NCBI GenBank assembly: GCA_965277405.1
Contig: OZ255726.1
Location: 416,001-480,000 of the forward strand
DNA from: Gammaproteobacteria bacterium
GTDB lineage: Bacteria; Pseudomonadota; Gammaproteobacteria; G965277405
Reading direction: 5' to 3'
DNA length: 64,000 nt
Below, piece by piece: positions 1 through 12,228 of this stretch. A model generated the notes under the pieces. It searched no databases and was not told where the DNA came from. It worked only from the letters and a program-made list of their open reading frames with translations. Position numbers and translations under genes: made by a program. The stretch's first letter is position 1. Each line of letters begins with the position of its first letter.

Positions 1-968
1 AGGTTGAGGTTTGTGGTGTACAAGCGGATGAGTGAATCCAGCGAATTGACGACAAACACCAGTCCCACTGCAACCATCGCCACGGTATATATTCCTTCAA
101 TCGCAATATTGTTTAGGTAATAGCTGTACAATACGCTAAACCACAATGCAAGAGTAATTGAAGGCACTACTAACATCAACAACAGTAATTTCCATACATG
201 GATACCTGCGGTAAATCTTGCAACAAATTGCCCGATCATAATGCTCCATGCAAACCACCAATATAGATAAAAGGCGTGGTAGTCGTTAAAAGGCAAAATA
301 AATCCATGAATTTTAGGAAAGTATCCACTAACCAATAGACCTAAATTGTCAGCCATTTCTGAAAAGCCCATTCCTGAGCTGAACCACATAAAGACAATCA
401 GCGCGAAAAAAAGATACGAGGAATACACACTCAAAATGCGAACATATTTAATATGAGTGCTCGAAAAGACCGCTAATACAATGGCGGCTAATACCATTAC
501 ATAAAATAATGGAGCGATGCTCTCTCCATCTCCAATATCTGGCATATACCATGGTAAATTTATTAGCAATAAATATCCAGTGAACGCGCATGTACCAATA
601 ATGATAATATTGTTCAATATACGTACTGGTGCAAGTTCAAAAAATTTCACCTTTGGCTCAATTATTGAAAAATATGCCGTTGTTAAAAAATAGAACGTCC
701 AAATCAAAAAGCCCCAAAATGCAAACTCAATTGATAATGGGTTGGAGAATGCATACGTCGCATCTGCTGCAGTATCTGCATACACAGGAAATTCTGTTAG
801 CGGAAACATAATCAATCCAACGTCAAGACCTGATGTAAAAAGGATTGTTATAAAGACCCATGAACCAACTTTATATTGGCTTTCACAACGCTCACCACCC
901 CAACGCAGCAGAATGAATACTGACGCTAATAATGTGAAAATAATTCCTACAGATAAAAATGTGTTCAT
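1..968 (-). CDS. BCCT-family (betaine/carnitine/choline) transporter, 3' end runs off the window
   Basis: Not in the ORF track because it is truncated. Manual translation from ATG 968 gives MNTFLSVGIIFTLLASVFILLRWG...LFTSGLDVGLIMFPLTEF...FWFLIW, hydrophobic and BCCT-like. AAGGGGGA RBS upstream; lies next to betA. Confidence 0.75.
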   Translation of the reverse strand, partial: MNTFLSVGIIFTLLASVFILLRWGGERCESQYKVGSWVFITILFTSGLDVGLIMFPLTEFPVYADTAADATYAFSNPLSIEFAFWGFLIWTFYFLTTAYFSIIEPKVKFFELAPVRILNNIIIIGTCAFTGYLLLINLPWYMPDIGDGESIAPLFYVMVLAAIVLAVFSSTHIKYVRILSVYSSYLFFALIVFMWFSSGMGFSEMADNLGLLVSGYFPKIHGFILPFNDYHAFYLYWWFAWSIMIGQFVARFTAGIHVWKLLLLMLVVPSITLALWFSVLYSYYLNNIAIEGIYTVAMVAVGLVFVVNSLDSLIRLYTTNLN

Positions 969-1110
969 GCTTTCCCCCTTAATAAAAAGCTAAATGTAAT
1001 GATATAATAGAAAACAGCGTGTGTAGCAATTATGCCAACACAGACTATTCGATGGTTAAATTGTAACAGAATATGCGAGCCATTGATGCAAAAGATGATA
1101 AAAGGCGTAG

Positions 1111-1406
1111 GGAATCTCTGATTAATTCCATGATGGGCGAGACGGAGAAAAAACGCTGATGAAACTTAAGCGCAGCTAACACTGGTGGGTCTTGTGGGTC
1201 TTGTGGGTATTGCCAAGTGCAGCAACGACGTTAGTACCGCTTTTTTCCCGTCGTTGTGTTGAATATACTTTGAGTTTGCGGCAGTGGTACTTGCTGTGTT
1301 GCATCCCTTGGCGTATATGCTAGGTAATGCGCTTAGCGGTTTGCGCCTTGCAATCATCAGCAATTACCATCAAACTCGCGCCATCAGCGACTTAATCAGA
1401 GCTTCC
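1111..1406. mobile_element. IS5-type MITE, full copy 1
   Basis: Runs GGAATCTCTGATTAA...CTTAATCAGAGCTTCC; flanks GTAG/TTAG; the right flank contains the betA stop codon. Confidence 0.9.
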
Positions 1407-3017
1407 TTAGTAAGTATCCGCAATTTTCTCGGCTAACATAATCGTTGGTGCATTTAAATTTCCATTGGTTATATGTGGCATGATTGAACTATCGACAACG
1501 CGTAGATTATTCATGGTGTGGACTTTACCGTTGCTATCGACGACAGCATTGCCATCTACACCCATTTTACAAGTGCACGATGCATGAATCGCCGACTCGG
1601 CATTGTCCCGAAAAAACGCATCTATATCTTCATCTTTTTGTACAGAAACACCAGGCTTCACCTCTTGCAACACAAAGTCTTGCATTGCAGGTTGTTTGAA
1701 AATTTCACGGGTCATGCGCACGCCATTGCGAATATCTTGCCAATCTTCTGCGTGGCTCATGTAATTAAAGCAAATCTCAGGTGCTTGGCTAGGATCCGCA
1801 GATTTAAGCCGCACATGACCACGCGATTTAGATAAATTTGCCCCCAAATGTACTTGGAAGCCGTGCGATTGCAAACCGCTTTTACCATCGTATGAAATAG
1901 CCAAGGGTAAAAAATGGTATTGTAAATTTGGGTATGGCTTGCTTGAATCTGACCTGAGGAATGCGCCCGCCTCAAAGTGATTTGTGGCACCAAGCCCACT
2001 TTTACTCAATAACCAACGCCCGCCAATATACGCTTTGCCCCAAATATTCATATATTTATACAGCGAAACTGGTTGCTTACACGCGTATTGCATATACACC
2101 TCTAAATGATCTTGTAAGTTTTTTCCAACGCCTGGTAAATGACTGACGACATCAATACCCAGCTGTTGCAAGTCATGCTGATCACCTATACCTGACAACT
2201 GCAATAGTGTAGGGCTCATAATTGCACCAGCAGCCAGAATAACTTCTTGGCGCGCATGGATAGTTTTTGTTGTATTTAAAAATGCTATCTCCACCCCCGT
2301 TGCAGTCGAGGCGACACAATTAACTTTATTCACAAATGTATTGAGAACGACCGTTAAATTGCTGCGATGTTGAATATCTTTAATATACGCCAGCGCAGCA
2401 GAGCAACGAACACCATTGCGTACCGTCATTTGCTTGTGAAAAAATCCTTCTTGCGAGCCAGCGTTATAGTCGTCAATAATAGGATAGCCCGCTTGGTTGC
2501 CAGCAAGGGTGAACGCTTTAAACAACGGCGTGTACCAATTGCCTTTGGTAACTGTCAACGGGCCTTCGCTACCGCGATACGCTGGGTCGGCACTTTTATC
2601 AAATGTTTCCATTTTTTTGAAATACGGCAATACATCTTGATACGACCAACCCGTAGCGCCAAGTTGTTCCCAACCATCATAGTCTTTTGGGTTGCCACGG
2701 ACAAAAATCATCCCATTTGTAGACGATGAACCTCCCAGCACTTTGCCGCGTGGTTGATGGAGGCGGCGATTGCCTAGATGCACTTCAGGTTCAGTAAAAA
2801 ACCGCCAATCGTATTTGGTAGAATTGAGTGGAATCGAAAGCGCAGATGGCATTTTTATAAACATGCTGTTATCAAGCCCGCCGTATTCAATCAACAATAC
2901 AGAGTTGGCTGGATTGGCGCTGAGCCTATTCGCCATAACACAGCCTGCAGAACCAGACCCGACAATGACATAGTCATAACTGTCAATTGCTAATTTTGCT
3001 GGTGATTGTATAATCAT
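1407..3017 (-). CDS. betA: Choline dehydrogenase (GMC oxidoreductase)
   Basis: YDYVIVGSGSAGCV FAD-binding motif, PRGKVLGGSSSTNGM, GVGKNLQDHLE, NGNLNAPTIMLAEK; adjacent to a BCCT transporter. Confidence 0.85.
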   Translation of the reverse strand: MIIQSPAKLAIDSYDYVIVGSGSAGCVMANRLSANPANSVLLIEYGGLDNSMFIKMPSALSIPLNSTKYDWRFFTEPEVHLGNRRLHQPRGKVLGGSSSTNGMIFVRGNPKDYDGWEQLGATGWSYQDVLPYFKKMETFDKSADPAYRGSEGPLTVTKGNWYTPLFKAFTLAGNQAGYPIIDDYNAGSQEGFFHKQMTVRNGVRCSAALAYIKDIQHRSNLTVVLNTFVNKVNCVASTATGVEIAFLNTTKTIHARQEVILAAGAIMSPTLLQLSGIGDQHDLQQLGIDVVSHLPGVGKNLQDHLEVYMQYACKQPVSLYKYMNIWGKAYIGGRWLLSKSGLGATNHFEAGAFLRSDSSKPYPNLQYHFLPLAISYDGKSGLQSHGFQVHLGANLSKSRGHVRLKSADPSQAPEICFNYMSHAEDWQDIRNGVRMTREIFKQPAMQDFVLQEVKPGVSVQKDEDIDAFFRDNAESAIHASCTCKMGVDGNAVVDSNGKVHTMNNLRVVDSSIMPHITNGNLNAPTIMLAEKIADTY

Positions 3018-3020
3018 GCT

Positions 3021-3053
3021 GTCTCCCCCATCATGGCCTTAATCAGAGTTTCC
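3021..3053. mobile_element. Solo MITE end-A remnant directly upstream of betA
   Basis: Minus strand GGAAACTCTGATTAAGGCCATGATGGGGGAGAC versus consensus GGAAGCTCTGATTAAGTCCATGATGGGCGAGAC; flanked by CTAA. Confidence 0.85.
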
Positions 3054-3111
3054 CTAAATTCAGAATTTATGCTAACTATAAGGACCATCTCAAAATAGTT
3101 TTGCGCTATTA

Positions 3112-3744
3112 TTACACGCGTATTTTAACGCCAATAAACAAGCCTTTTTCTAATTGTTTGCTGCTATCCCCGTGATGCAGCTTACCGTCACTGAACACCA
3201 CACTATAATCGCGTAAACCGATTACACCTATCGCAGACGGTGTCAGTAAAAATTCATTAACCAATTGTAATTGTAGTAATTCCTCAACCTTGCCACCATT
3301 TATTTGATGTGGTGAATAGTCAATTTTTAAAAACGTAGTAATTGGTATAGACGTTAAAAATCGATAACCAAAATTACCACCAAGCATTGCGCCAAAACCA
3401 TAAATCGTTTCTGAGCCTGTAGCAACACTTTGACTTTGATTCGGCTCGATATAATGCGAAGAGGCAAATAAGCGCATGCTGAGAGAAAAAATCCATGGCG
3501 AAGAACTGTCACCTTCAAGCGGTGATTTAAGATCCCAACTCAGCAATGTATCCTTTGTGTTAGTGTTATAAAATATCGACATGCCCATATCAAAATTTGT
3601 TTCATACACATCACCGCCAAATGCTGTGAACTCTGCAGAATCCTTGCCAAGATCAAGACCAAAAACAGCCGCATGACTATGGGTTGCTAGCAACAATAAT
3701 GCAATTGCAGCAGTGGTACAAATATGGCGAATAAAACACATCAT
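3112..3744 (-). CDS. Outer-membrane beta-barrel protein, YfaZ-like
   Basis: Signal peptide ending SHA-A, alternating beta-strand pattern, C-terminal GLFIGVKIRV; ATGA overlap with the secF stop. Confidence 0.5.
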   Translation of the reverse strand: MMCFIRHICTTAAIALLLLATHSHAAVFGLDLGKDSAEFTAFGGDVYETNFDMGMSIFYNTNTKDTLLSWDLKSPLEGDSSSPWIFSLSMRLFASSHYIEPNQSQSVATGSETIYGFGAMLGGNFGYRFLTSIPITTFLKIDYSPHQINGGKVEELLQLQLVNEFLLTPSAIGVIGLRDYSVVFSDGKLHHGDSSKQLEKGLFIGVKIRV

Positions 3745-4661
3745 TGTTGCTCGCGTTGAAATTGTTCAAGCTCTTCTGGCACCAAGTCTTTTTTATCAAT
3801 GTTTTGCCAAATGAGAACGTTGCATAGAATATATAGGGAAGAATATGTGCCGACAACCACCCCACAAATTAAAGCAATAGCAAATGGTAACAGCCCTTCA
3901 CCACCGAAAAAAGCTAGTGCTAGTAATACTAAGAGCGTTGTCAGCGACGTATTGACTGTCCGACCGAATATTTTAGACAGTGCTTCATCAATCAATTCTA
4001 TTTTATCTGCATACTTTGCGTCAATAAACGATTCGCGAATGCGATCAGCAACGACGATCGAGTCATTGAGTGAATAACCAATAATTGCCAGAATTGCAGC
4101 GAGCACAGTGAGGTCAAACGTGATCTGCAACAGCGCAAACAACCCCAGAGTTAACACAACATCATGCACTAATGCGATAACAGCGCCGATTGCAAACTTA
4201 AACTGAAATCGAAATGATACATAAATCAATACCAGCGCCAATGCCAATAATAATGCCAGACCGCCTTGGTCGCGGAGTTCTTCACCAACTTGCCCGCCGA
4301 CATACTCTTGCCGTAATAATTCAAAGGTAATCCCAGCTGAATTCAGTGCAGTCACAACTGTATTTGCAGTGCTTCCTTGCTGCTCTCCACCAGGAAGACG
4401 AATTAATAGGGTTTGTTTATCACCAAATTGCTGAACTTTTGCTTCGGTAAATCCTGCCGTCTTTAATACATCGCGCACAGCCTGTGGTGGTAAATCGCTA
4501 CTTATTTCAAGTAAATTTCCACCGATAAAGTCGAGCCCGTACTGTAGCCCATTAGTAAACAACAGCACTACCGAGCCCAGCACAAGCACCATTGATACCG
4601 CAGCGCATATTTTTCTAATGCGCATAAAGTGCCAATTTACTTCAAAGTGCAAGCGTTTCAT
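3741..4661 (-). CDS. secF: Protein translocase subunit SecF (start revised to ATG 4661)
   Basis: GLDFIGG, GYSLNDSIVVADRIRE, RTVNTSLTT, GTYSS motifs; follows secD. Confidence 0.93.
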   Translation of the reverse strand: MKRLHFEVNWHFMRIRKICAAVSMVLVLGSVVLLFTNGLQYGLDFIGGNLLEISSDLPPQAVRDVLKTAGFTEAKVQQFGDKQTLLIRLPGGEQQGSTANTVVTALNSAGITFELLRQEYVGGQVGEELRDQGGLALLLALALVLIYVSFRFQFKFAIGAVIALVHDVVLTLGLFALLQITFDLTVLAAILAIIGYSLNDSIVVADRIRESFIDAKYADKIELIDEALSKIFGRTVNTSLTTLLVLLALAFFGGEGLLPFAIALICGVVVGTYSSLYILCNVLIWQNIDKKDLVPEELEQFQREQQ

Positions 4662-4680
4662 GGAATTAATCAGGTGGTCC
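4659..4680. mobile_element. Degenerate MITE end-A stub forming the secD-secF spacer
   Basis: Minus strand reads CTAA|GGACCACCTGATTAATTCCATG versus copy 1 GGAATCTCTGATTAATTCCATG. Confidence 0.6.
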
Positions 4681-6549
4681 TTAGATATACAACTCTTTAA
4701 TATTACGGTTGCCAATGCTAAAATCAATGATTGCGCGGGTAAACATTACCGCTGTAAACATTGATGCCAAAATACCTATGGACAGCGTAACAGCAAAGCC
4801 TTTTACTGGTCCAGTTCCTACTGCGAACAAAATGACAGCAACAAGTAAAGTGGTAACATTTGCATCTACAATCGTCACAAATGCACGGTTAAAACCTGTA
4901 TGAATAGCTGGACGCGGTGTCACCCCACGCAACAACTCTTCACGAATTCTGGAGAATATTAACACATTGGCATCGACTGCCATCCCAATAGTCAAGATAA
5001 TTCCAGCTATTCCAGGCAGCGTTAATGTTGCAGAAATAGCAGACATTACCGCCACCACGATGACTAAATTAACCAACAACGCAATATTCGCAAGCAAGCC
5101 AAACAATTGATAATACACCAACATAAACACCAACACCAACGCCAAACCTACCAGCAATGATTGAATGCCAAGAGCAATGTTTTCTGCGCCTAAACTCGGA
5201 CCAATAGTCCGTTCTTCCACAATATACACAGGTGCCGCCAAGGCCCCTGCGCGCAATAAAATAGCAAGTTCAACAGCCTCTGACTGGCTCTGCAAGCCGG
5301 TGATGCGAAATTGACTTCCCAATGTTGTTTGTATCGTCGCCAAACTAATGATTTTTTTTGTCACCTTGCTGGTGCGCTCACCAGTTGTCGGGTCAGTCCG
5401 GGCCTTGTGTTCAACAAACAGCACCCCCATTTTACGACCAACTGCAGCACGAGTTGCCGCGCTAATGCGCCCGCCGCCGTCGCTATCTAACTGTATATTT
5501 ACTTGCGGTCGGCTGTTTTCATCAAAGCCTGCTTGCGCATGGACAACGCTGTTGCCGGTGGTGATGATGTCATTCTCAAGTCGTGCGAGATTGTTGCCAT
5601 CACGAAACTTAAATGGTGTTGCCTCACGGTCACCAGCTTTCGCTTCGATACGGAATTCAAGATTGGCGGTAGCGCCTAAAATTCGCTTTGCACTGGCAGT
5701 ATCTTGCACCCCCGGTAGTTCCACAACAATGCGATTGCGTCCTTGTCGTTGCACCAATGGTTCAGCGACGCCCAATTCATCGACACGATTACGCAAGGTA
5801 ATCAAGTTCTGGTCGATGGAAAAACGCTCAATTTCAGCAACATATTCAGAGCGCATCGCCAGCGTTATTCTTGAACCATCAACCCGTACAGTCCAGTCAC
5901 TAAATTCATTTTGAAAGCGTTGACGAACCAGCTCAACGTCGCTGCTGGCAACGATTGACAACGCAACAGCATCAAGTGTTTCACGCCCATTGATCGATTG
6001 CACTTTAATACTTTGCAAATCAGCATACCCAATTCGTTGTTGCCGCATCATTCTCCGTATCAGCCCCATTTGCGTGGTAACCCGTTGGCTGACTGCCGTC
6101 TTCATGTCGACTTCGAGCAAAAAATGGACGCCACCACGCAAATCTAGCCCAAGTTTTATGGGTTTAGCGCCAATGGCTTGCAACCACTGGGGTGTCGTTG
6201 TGGCATTATTTGGCGCCAGCATATAGTTATCCCTCAGCACAAGTTTTAATGCCTCCTGAGCGCGTTTACGCGTTGCTTCATCAACAAATTGCAGCTGCAA
6301 AATATCGCGACCAACAATCCGCTGGATTTTGGTCTTGATTACGGGGATATTTTGGGTGCGTAATACCGATCCCACTCGCTGCTGGAGTCGCTTATCAACT
6401 GCAACTGCGCTTTGTGCTGCAGCTATCTGTAGTGATGGCAACTGTTCAAATACATTTGGTAATGCATACAAAATGCCTGCAACAAGCACAACGATAATAA
6501 GTACGCTTTTGGCGACACTCGTGCGCACATATGCTAAATACTCAGCCAT
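4681..6549 (-). CDS. secD: Protein translocase subunit SecD
   Basis: KLGLDLRGGVHFLLEVD, LRNRVDELGVAEP, GMAVDANVLIFSRIREE. Confidence 0.96.
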   Translation of the reverse strand: MAEYLAYVRTSVAKSVLIIVVLVAGILYALPNVFEQLPSLQIAAAQSAVAVDKRLQQRVGSVLRTQNIPVIKTKIQRIVGRDILQLQFVDEATRKRAQEALKLVLRDNYMLAPNNATTTPQWLQAIGAKPIKLGLDLRGGVHFLLEVDMKTAVSQRVTTQMGLIRRMMRQQRIGYADLQSIKVQSINGRETLDAVALSIVASSDVELVRQRFQNEFSDWTVRVDGSRITLAMRSEYVAEIERFSIDQNLITLRNRVDELGVAEPLVQRQGRNRIVVELPGVQDTASAKRILGATANLEFRIEAKAGDREATPFKFRDGNNLARLENDIITTGNSVVHAQAGFDENSRPQVNIQLDSDGGGRISAATRAAVGRKMGVLFVEHKARTDPTTGERTSKVTKKIISLATIQTTLGSQFRITGLQSQSEAVELAILLRAGALAAPVYIVEERTIGPSLGAENIALGIQSLLVGLALVLVFMLVYYQLFGLLANIALLVNLVIVVAVMSAISATLTLPGIAGIILTIGMAVDANVLIFSRIREELLRGVTPRPAIHTGFNRAFVTIVDANVTTLLVAVILFAVGTGPVKGFAVTLSIGILASMFTAVMFTRAIIDFSIGNRNIKELYI

Positions 6550-6577
6550 GATTAGCCTTAGTCAGAGGATGCGTCAG

Positions 6578-6952
6578 TTATTTCCTTGCTTCGATTGTCT
6601 GTTTTGGCAACACGGCGCTGACGTATTGCTTTTTCAGTTGAATCACTGTGCCTTTGGCAATCTCGACATCAAGCACATCGTCTTTCATCTTTGTCACTTT
6701 ACCCATAATCCCAGATGATGTAACGATCTCATCACCTGCTGCAACGCTGTTAATCAATTGTTTATGCTGCTTGCTGCGTTTACTTTGCGGTCGTATAATC
6801 AAGAAATAAAAAATACCAACAAATGCCACCAACAACAATATCTGTTCGTATCCACCAAAAGGAGAGGCGGGTTCCCCGGCAGAGTCGGATTCCTCTGCAG
6901 CGGAGGCGAAGCTTGGAGCAAGTAACAGCGTAAGCAGCGAGTGTTTTAACAT
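6578..6952 (-). CDS. yajC: Preprotein translocase subunit YajC (start revised to ATG 6952)
   Basis: FYFLIIRPQSKR...GDEIVTSSGIMG; tgt-yajC-secD-secF synteny; AGGA upstream of the start. Confidence 0.92.
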   Translation of the reverse strand: MLKHSLLTLLLAPSFASAAEESDSAGEPASPFGGYEQILLLVAFVGIFYFLIIRPQSKRSKQHKQLINSVAAGDEIVTSSGIMGKVTKMKDDVLDVEIAKGTVIQLKKQYVSAVLPKQTIEARK

Positions 6953-6969
6953 AATGATTCCTATATAAT

Positions 6970-9284
<2,315 letters not shown>

Positions 9285-9285
9285 G

Positions 9286-10758
9286 TTAAATCTGAATCCA
9301 CGTCGTATGCGGCGTGGTAAATTGCAGGCAATCTGCTTGGATTTGCTCTTGAACCACAAACAGCTCAAGGCTCTTATTACCGCCAACACCATTGTGTATC
9401 ATAATTGAGCGGGCGGATACTGTCTGCAAATATCGCATAACTGGATGCGGTTGCCGACTATGGACGCTGATATTGCGTATTGGCAGTACATGCTTACACA
9501 ATTCTGCGAGTTGACGCGCATCATCAAACACCAACACCGACAACAACGGCACATATACATTTTCTGGTCGACATGCGAGTGAGTCTTTGCTTTCTAGCAC
9601 CACAGTTGGGGTTACATACCAACCACCTTGTTCGCATTCAATGAGCACACCACCACACAATACCTCTGCACCAGCCGCAATTTTTCGCTGTAAAAGTTGC
9701 TGTAAGCCATCAACTTGCTGCGCGCTGATGACAGCACCAATATCGCTAGCTTTTTCAAGTGAGTGACCCACCTTAAATGCTGCAGTGAGTTGCAACAGTT
9801 TGCTTTGTAGCTCTGCGGCAATCGCGGTGTCTACACATACCAATGCGCAGTCGACTTGATCGGTATTTTGAAAATACAACATCGCATCGCGTGCTTGTTT
9901 GGCTGCGTAATCAATATCAGTAACATCCTGGCAAACCACATGCACCGTTGCCGCTGGTGGTTGATACGCAAATATTGTGCCATTGCCGCTGGCAGCTTGT
10001 TGCGCCAACAATGCTGTAGCATGCTGACCATGAAATGCCAGTGCGTCTAGCCCCACGTGAGCGGCCAACGCGCCACCAGCCGCCTCTCCACCCCCAGACA
10101 ACACATTATATATCCCTGCAGGAATTCCCGCAGCATTGGCAATTTGCCCAAGCCGAATTGCACAGAGCGTCGCCTTTTTAGCAGGCTTGACAATCACGGC
10201 ATTCCCAGTGGCAAGAATTGGACCGATGGCTCTACAGATGTTTTCTAACGGAAAATGTGCCGCCAATATCACCCCAACAACGCCAACAGGAGCGCGAGAG
10301 TTTGCAACTAGCACATCGGCTTGATACAGGCTTGTTTGTACTATTTTATCCAAACATTCAGCACTAAATTGTAGCCATTCAACTGCATTTGCCACGCTGC
10401 GCTCCAGCGTTGTGCGCACCGGCTTACCTGTTTGTAATGATTCCAACAATGCAAACTCTTCTTGGTTGTCTTCAATCAAATTCGCCAATTCAAATAACAC
10501 TTCTTTACGCGCAGCTACAGATAGCGCATTCCAGCCACTGCGTGCCACCGCATCACGCGCACAGCGCACGGCATAGTCGACATCAGCCGCGTCACACTCT
10601 GCAATTTGCACGAGGGTATGACCATCAATTGGGCTAATTGCCGCATACACTTTAGCTGATTTTGCTGGATGATATTTTGCGCCAACAAAACACATACCGT
10701 TAAATTTTAGCTCATGGACATATGGCTTCCATGAATATTGGTTGGATGTAATACGCAT
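9286..10758 (-). CDS. Aldehyde dehydrogenase-fold protein (PuuC-like N-terminus) with degenerate catalytic motifs
   Basis: ISPIDG...AECDAADVDYAV, EEFALLESLQTGKP, GNAVIVKP. The ORF-track N-terminal extension largely reads through MITE copy 3, so the start is revised to ATG 10758. Confidence 0.75.
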   Translation of the reverse strand: MRITSNQYSWKPYVHELKFNGMCFVGAKYHPAKSAKVYAAISPIDGHTLVQIAECDAADVDYAVRCARDAVARSGWNALSVAARKEVLFELANLIEDNQEEFALLESLQTGKPVRTTLERSVANAVEWLQFSAECLDKIVQTSLYQADVLVANSRAPVGVVGVILAAHFPLENICRAIGPILATGNAVIVKPAKKATLCAIRLGQIANAAGIPAGIYNVLSGGGEAAGGALAAHVGLDALAFHGQHATALLAQQAASGNGTIFAYQPPAATVHVVCQDVTDIDYAAKQARDAMLYFQNTDQVDCALVCVDTAIAAELQSKLLQLTAAFKVGHSLEKASDIGAVISAQQVDGLQQLLQRKIAAGAEVLCGGVLIECEQGGWYVTPTVVLESKDSLACRPENVYVPLLSVLVFDDARQLAELCKHVLPIRNISVHSRQPHPVMRYLQTVSARSIMIHNGVGGNKSLELFVVQEQIQADCLQFTTPHTTWIQI

Positions 10759-10802
10759 ACGATTATTGGTAGAATGGTAAATCAATTGGGCAACATTGTT
10801 AG

Positions 10803-11131
10803 GGAAGCTCTGATTAACTCGCTGAGTGAGCGAGTTTGCCTGCAATTGCTGATGATTGCAAGGCGCAAACCGCTGAGCGCATGCCCTAGCATATACGCCA
10901 AGGGATGCAACACAGCAAGCATAAACAACTGCCGCATACCAAAAGTATATATATGCAACAGAGGGATGGAAAAAAACGCTGCGCTGCGTCGTTGTAGTAC
11001 TTGGCAATACCCACAATACCCACAATACCCACAAGACCCAGCAGTGTTAGCTTGGCACTGCACTTAAGTTATCAGCAGCGTTGTTGCGCCGTTGCGCCGT
11101 CTCGCCCATCATGGACTTAATCAGAAGTTGC
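10803..11131. mobile_element. IS5-type MITE copy 3 (longest; expanded 9-bp loop repeat)
   Basis: TTAG|GGAAGCTCTGATTAACTCGCT...CATCATGGACTTAATCAGAAGTTGC; abuts the acuI stop codon. Confidence 0.88.
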
Positions 11132-12121
11132 TTATATCGATAAATCGACAACAATACGACCATGTGCTTTGCCAGCCATCATCTGCTTGGCATACCGCAT
11201 CAGTCCTCTAAGTCCAACAATATGTTGGATATTGGCATATTCGTCAACAAGCAAATCAGCCAATTGCTGCCAGACTGCATGGCGCTTTGCGGTTGGATAT
11301 TGCACAGAGTCGACTCCGTGCAACTTCACTCCGCGCAGGATAAATGGCATGACTGTTGCTGGCAACAAAAAATCTCCAGCAAGCCCAGCTGCTATAACTG
11401 TTGCTGAGTAGCGCATTTCGCTGAGGATTTGCGCCAACACTGCCCCACCAACCACATCAACCGCACCATCCCATTGTTGCGTATTCAACGGTGCAACTGT
11501 TTGTTGTTGCCATTGTTGCGTGGCAACAACAGTATGTGCCCCGAGGTCTTGCAGGTATTTTTCATGTGCTAAGATGCGTGTTGTTAACGCATGTACTTCG
11601 TAGCCCAGTTTACGCAACAATACAACCGCCACACTGCCGACACCACCAGTTGCGCCACTTACCAGCACTTTTCCTGAAACAACACCAGCGTTACGCAGTG
11701 CTAGTACGCATAGCATCGCTGTGAGTCCCGCCGTACCAAGTGTCATGGCTTGTATTGCACTCATCCCTATTGGCAGTGGAACCAACCATTGCGATTGCGC
11801 CGATTGATATTCGCTATACCCGCCCCAGTAGCGCTCACCAATGCCCCAGCCGGTCAGAATAACAGCATCACCAACGCTATACTTATCGCTTGAAGTTGCC
11901 ACAACTGTGCCGACAGAGTCGATGCCTGGTACCATCGGCAAAGAGCGAATAATCTTGCCAGTACCAGTAAGCGCCATGGCGTCTTTATAGTTGAGACTCG
12001 AATGTGAAACTTTGATGAGCACGTCACCATCAGGCAAATCTGTTGGCGCAATGCGCTCTATAGCACCACTCATGCCTGCTGCATCTTGGCGCATGATAAA
12101 TGCTTTAAACGTGTCTTCCAT
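11132..12121 (-). CDS. acuI: Acryloyl-CoA reductase AcuI/YhdH-family MDR oxidoreductase
   Basis: SSLNYKDAMA, GTAGLTAML, GATGGVGS, TVMPFILRGVKLHGVDSV; start revised to ATG 12121 (GGGGGTGGA RBS). Confidence 0.85.
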   Translation of the reverse strand: MEDTFKAFIMRQDAAGMSGAIERIAPTDLPDGDVLIKVSHSSLNYKDAMALTGTGKIIRSLPMVPGIDSVGTVVATSSDKYSVGDAVILTGWGIGERYWGGYSEYQSAQSQWLVPLPIGMSAIQAMTLGTAGLTAMLCVLALRNAGVVSGKVLVSGATGGVGSVAVVLLRKLGYEVHALTTRILAHEKYLQDLGAHTVVATQQWQQQTVAPLNTQQWDGAVDVVGGAVLAQILSEMRYSATVIAAGLAGDFLLPATVMPFILRGVKLHGVDSVQYPTAKRHAVWQQLADLLVDEYANIQHIVGLRGLMRYAKQMMAGKAHGRIVVDLSI

Positions 12122-12228
12122 AGTCCACCCCCCACAACTGTAAAGCAGGCATCGTACCATGCATCAAGGCGATGTTGCTGATGAAAGTTATCTGCTCAAT
12201 TCCATGTGTGCGCTTGCTGAGCGATGCA

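Noticed and set aside
629-993. Plus-strand ORFs 629-811 and 742-993
   Set aside because: Antisense shadows of the minus-strand BCCT transporter gene.
10759-11034. 92-aa N-terminal extension on the ALDH-like ORF (WVLWVLWVL...)
   Set aside because: Mostly read-through of MITE copy 3; homology to ALDHs begins near ATG 10758.
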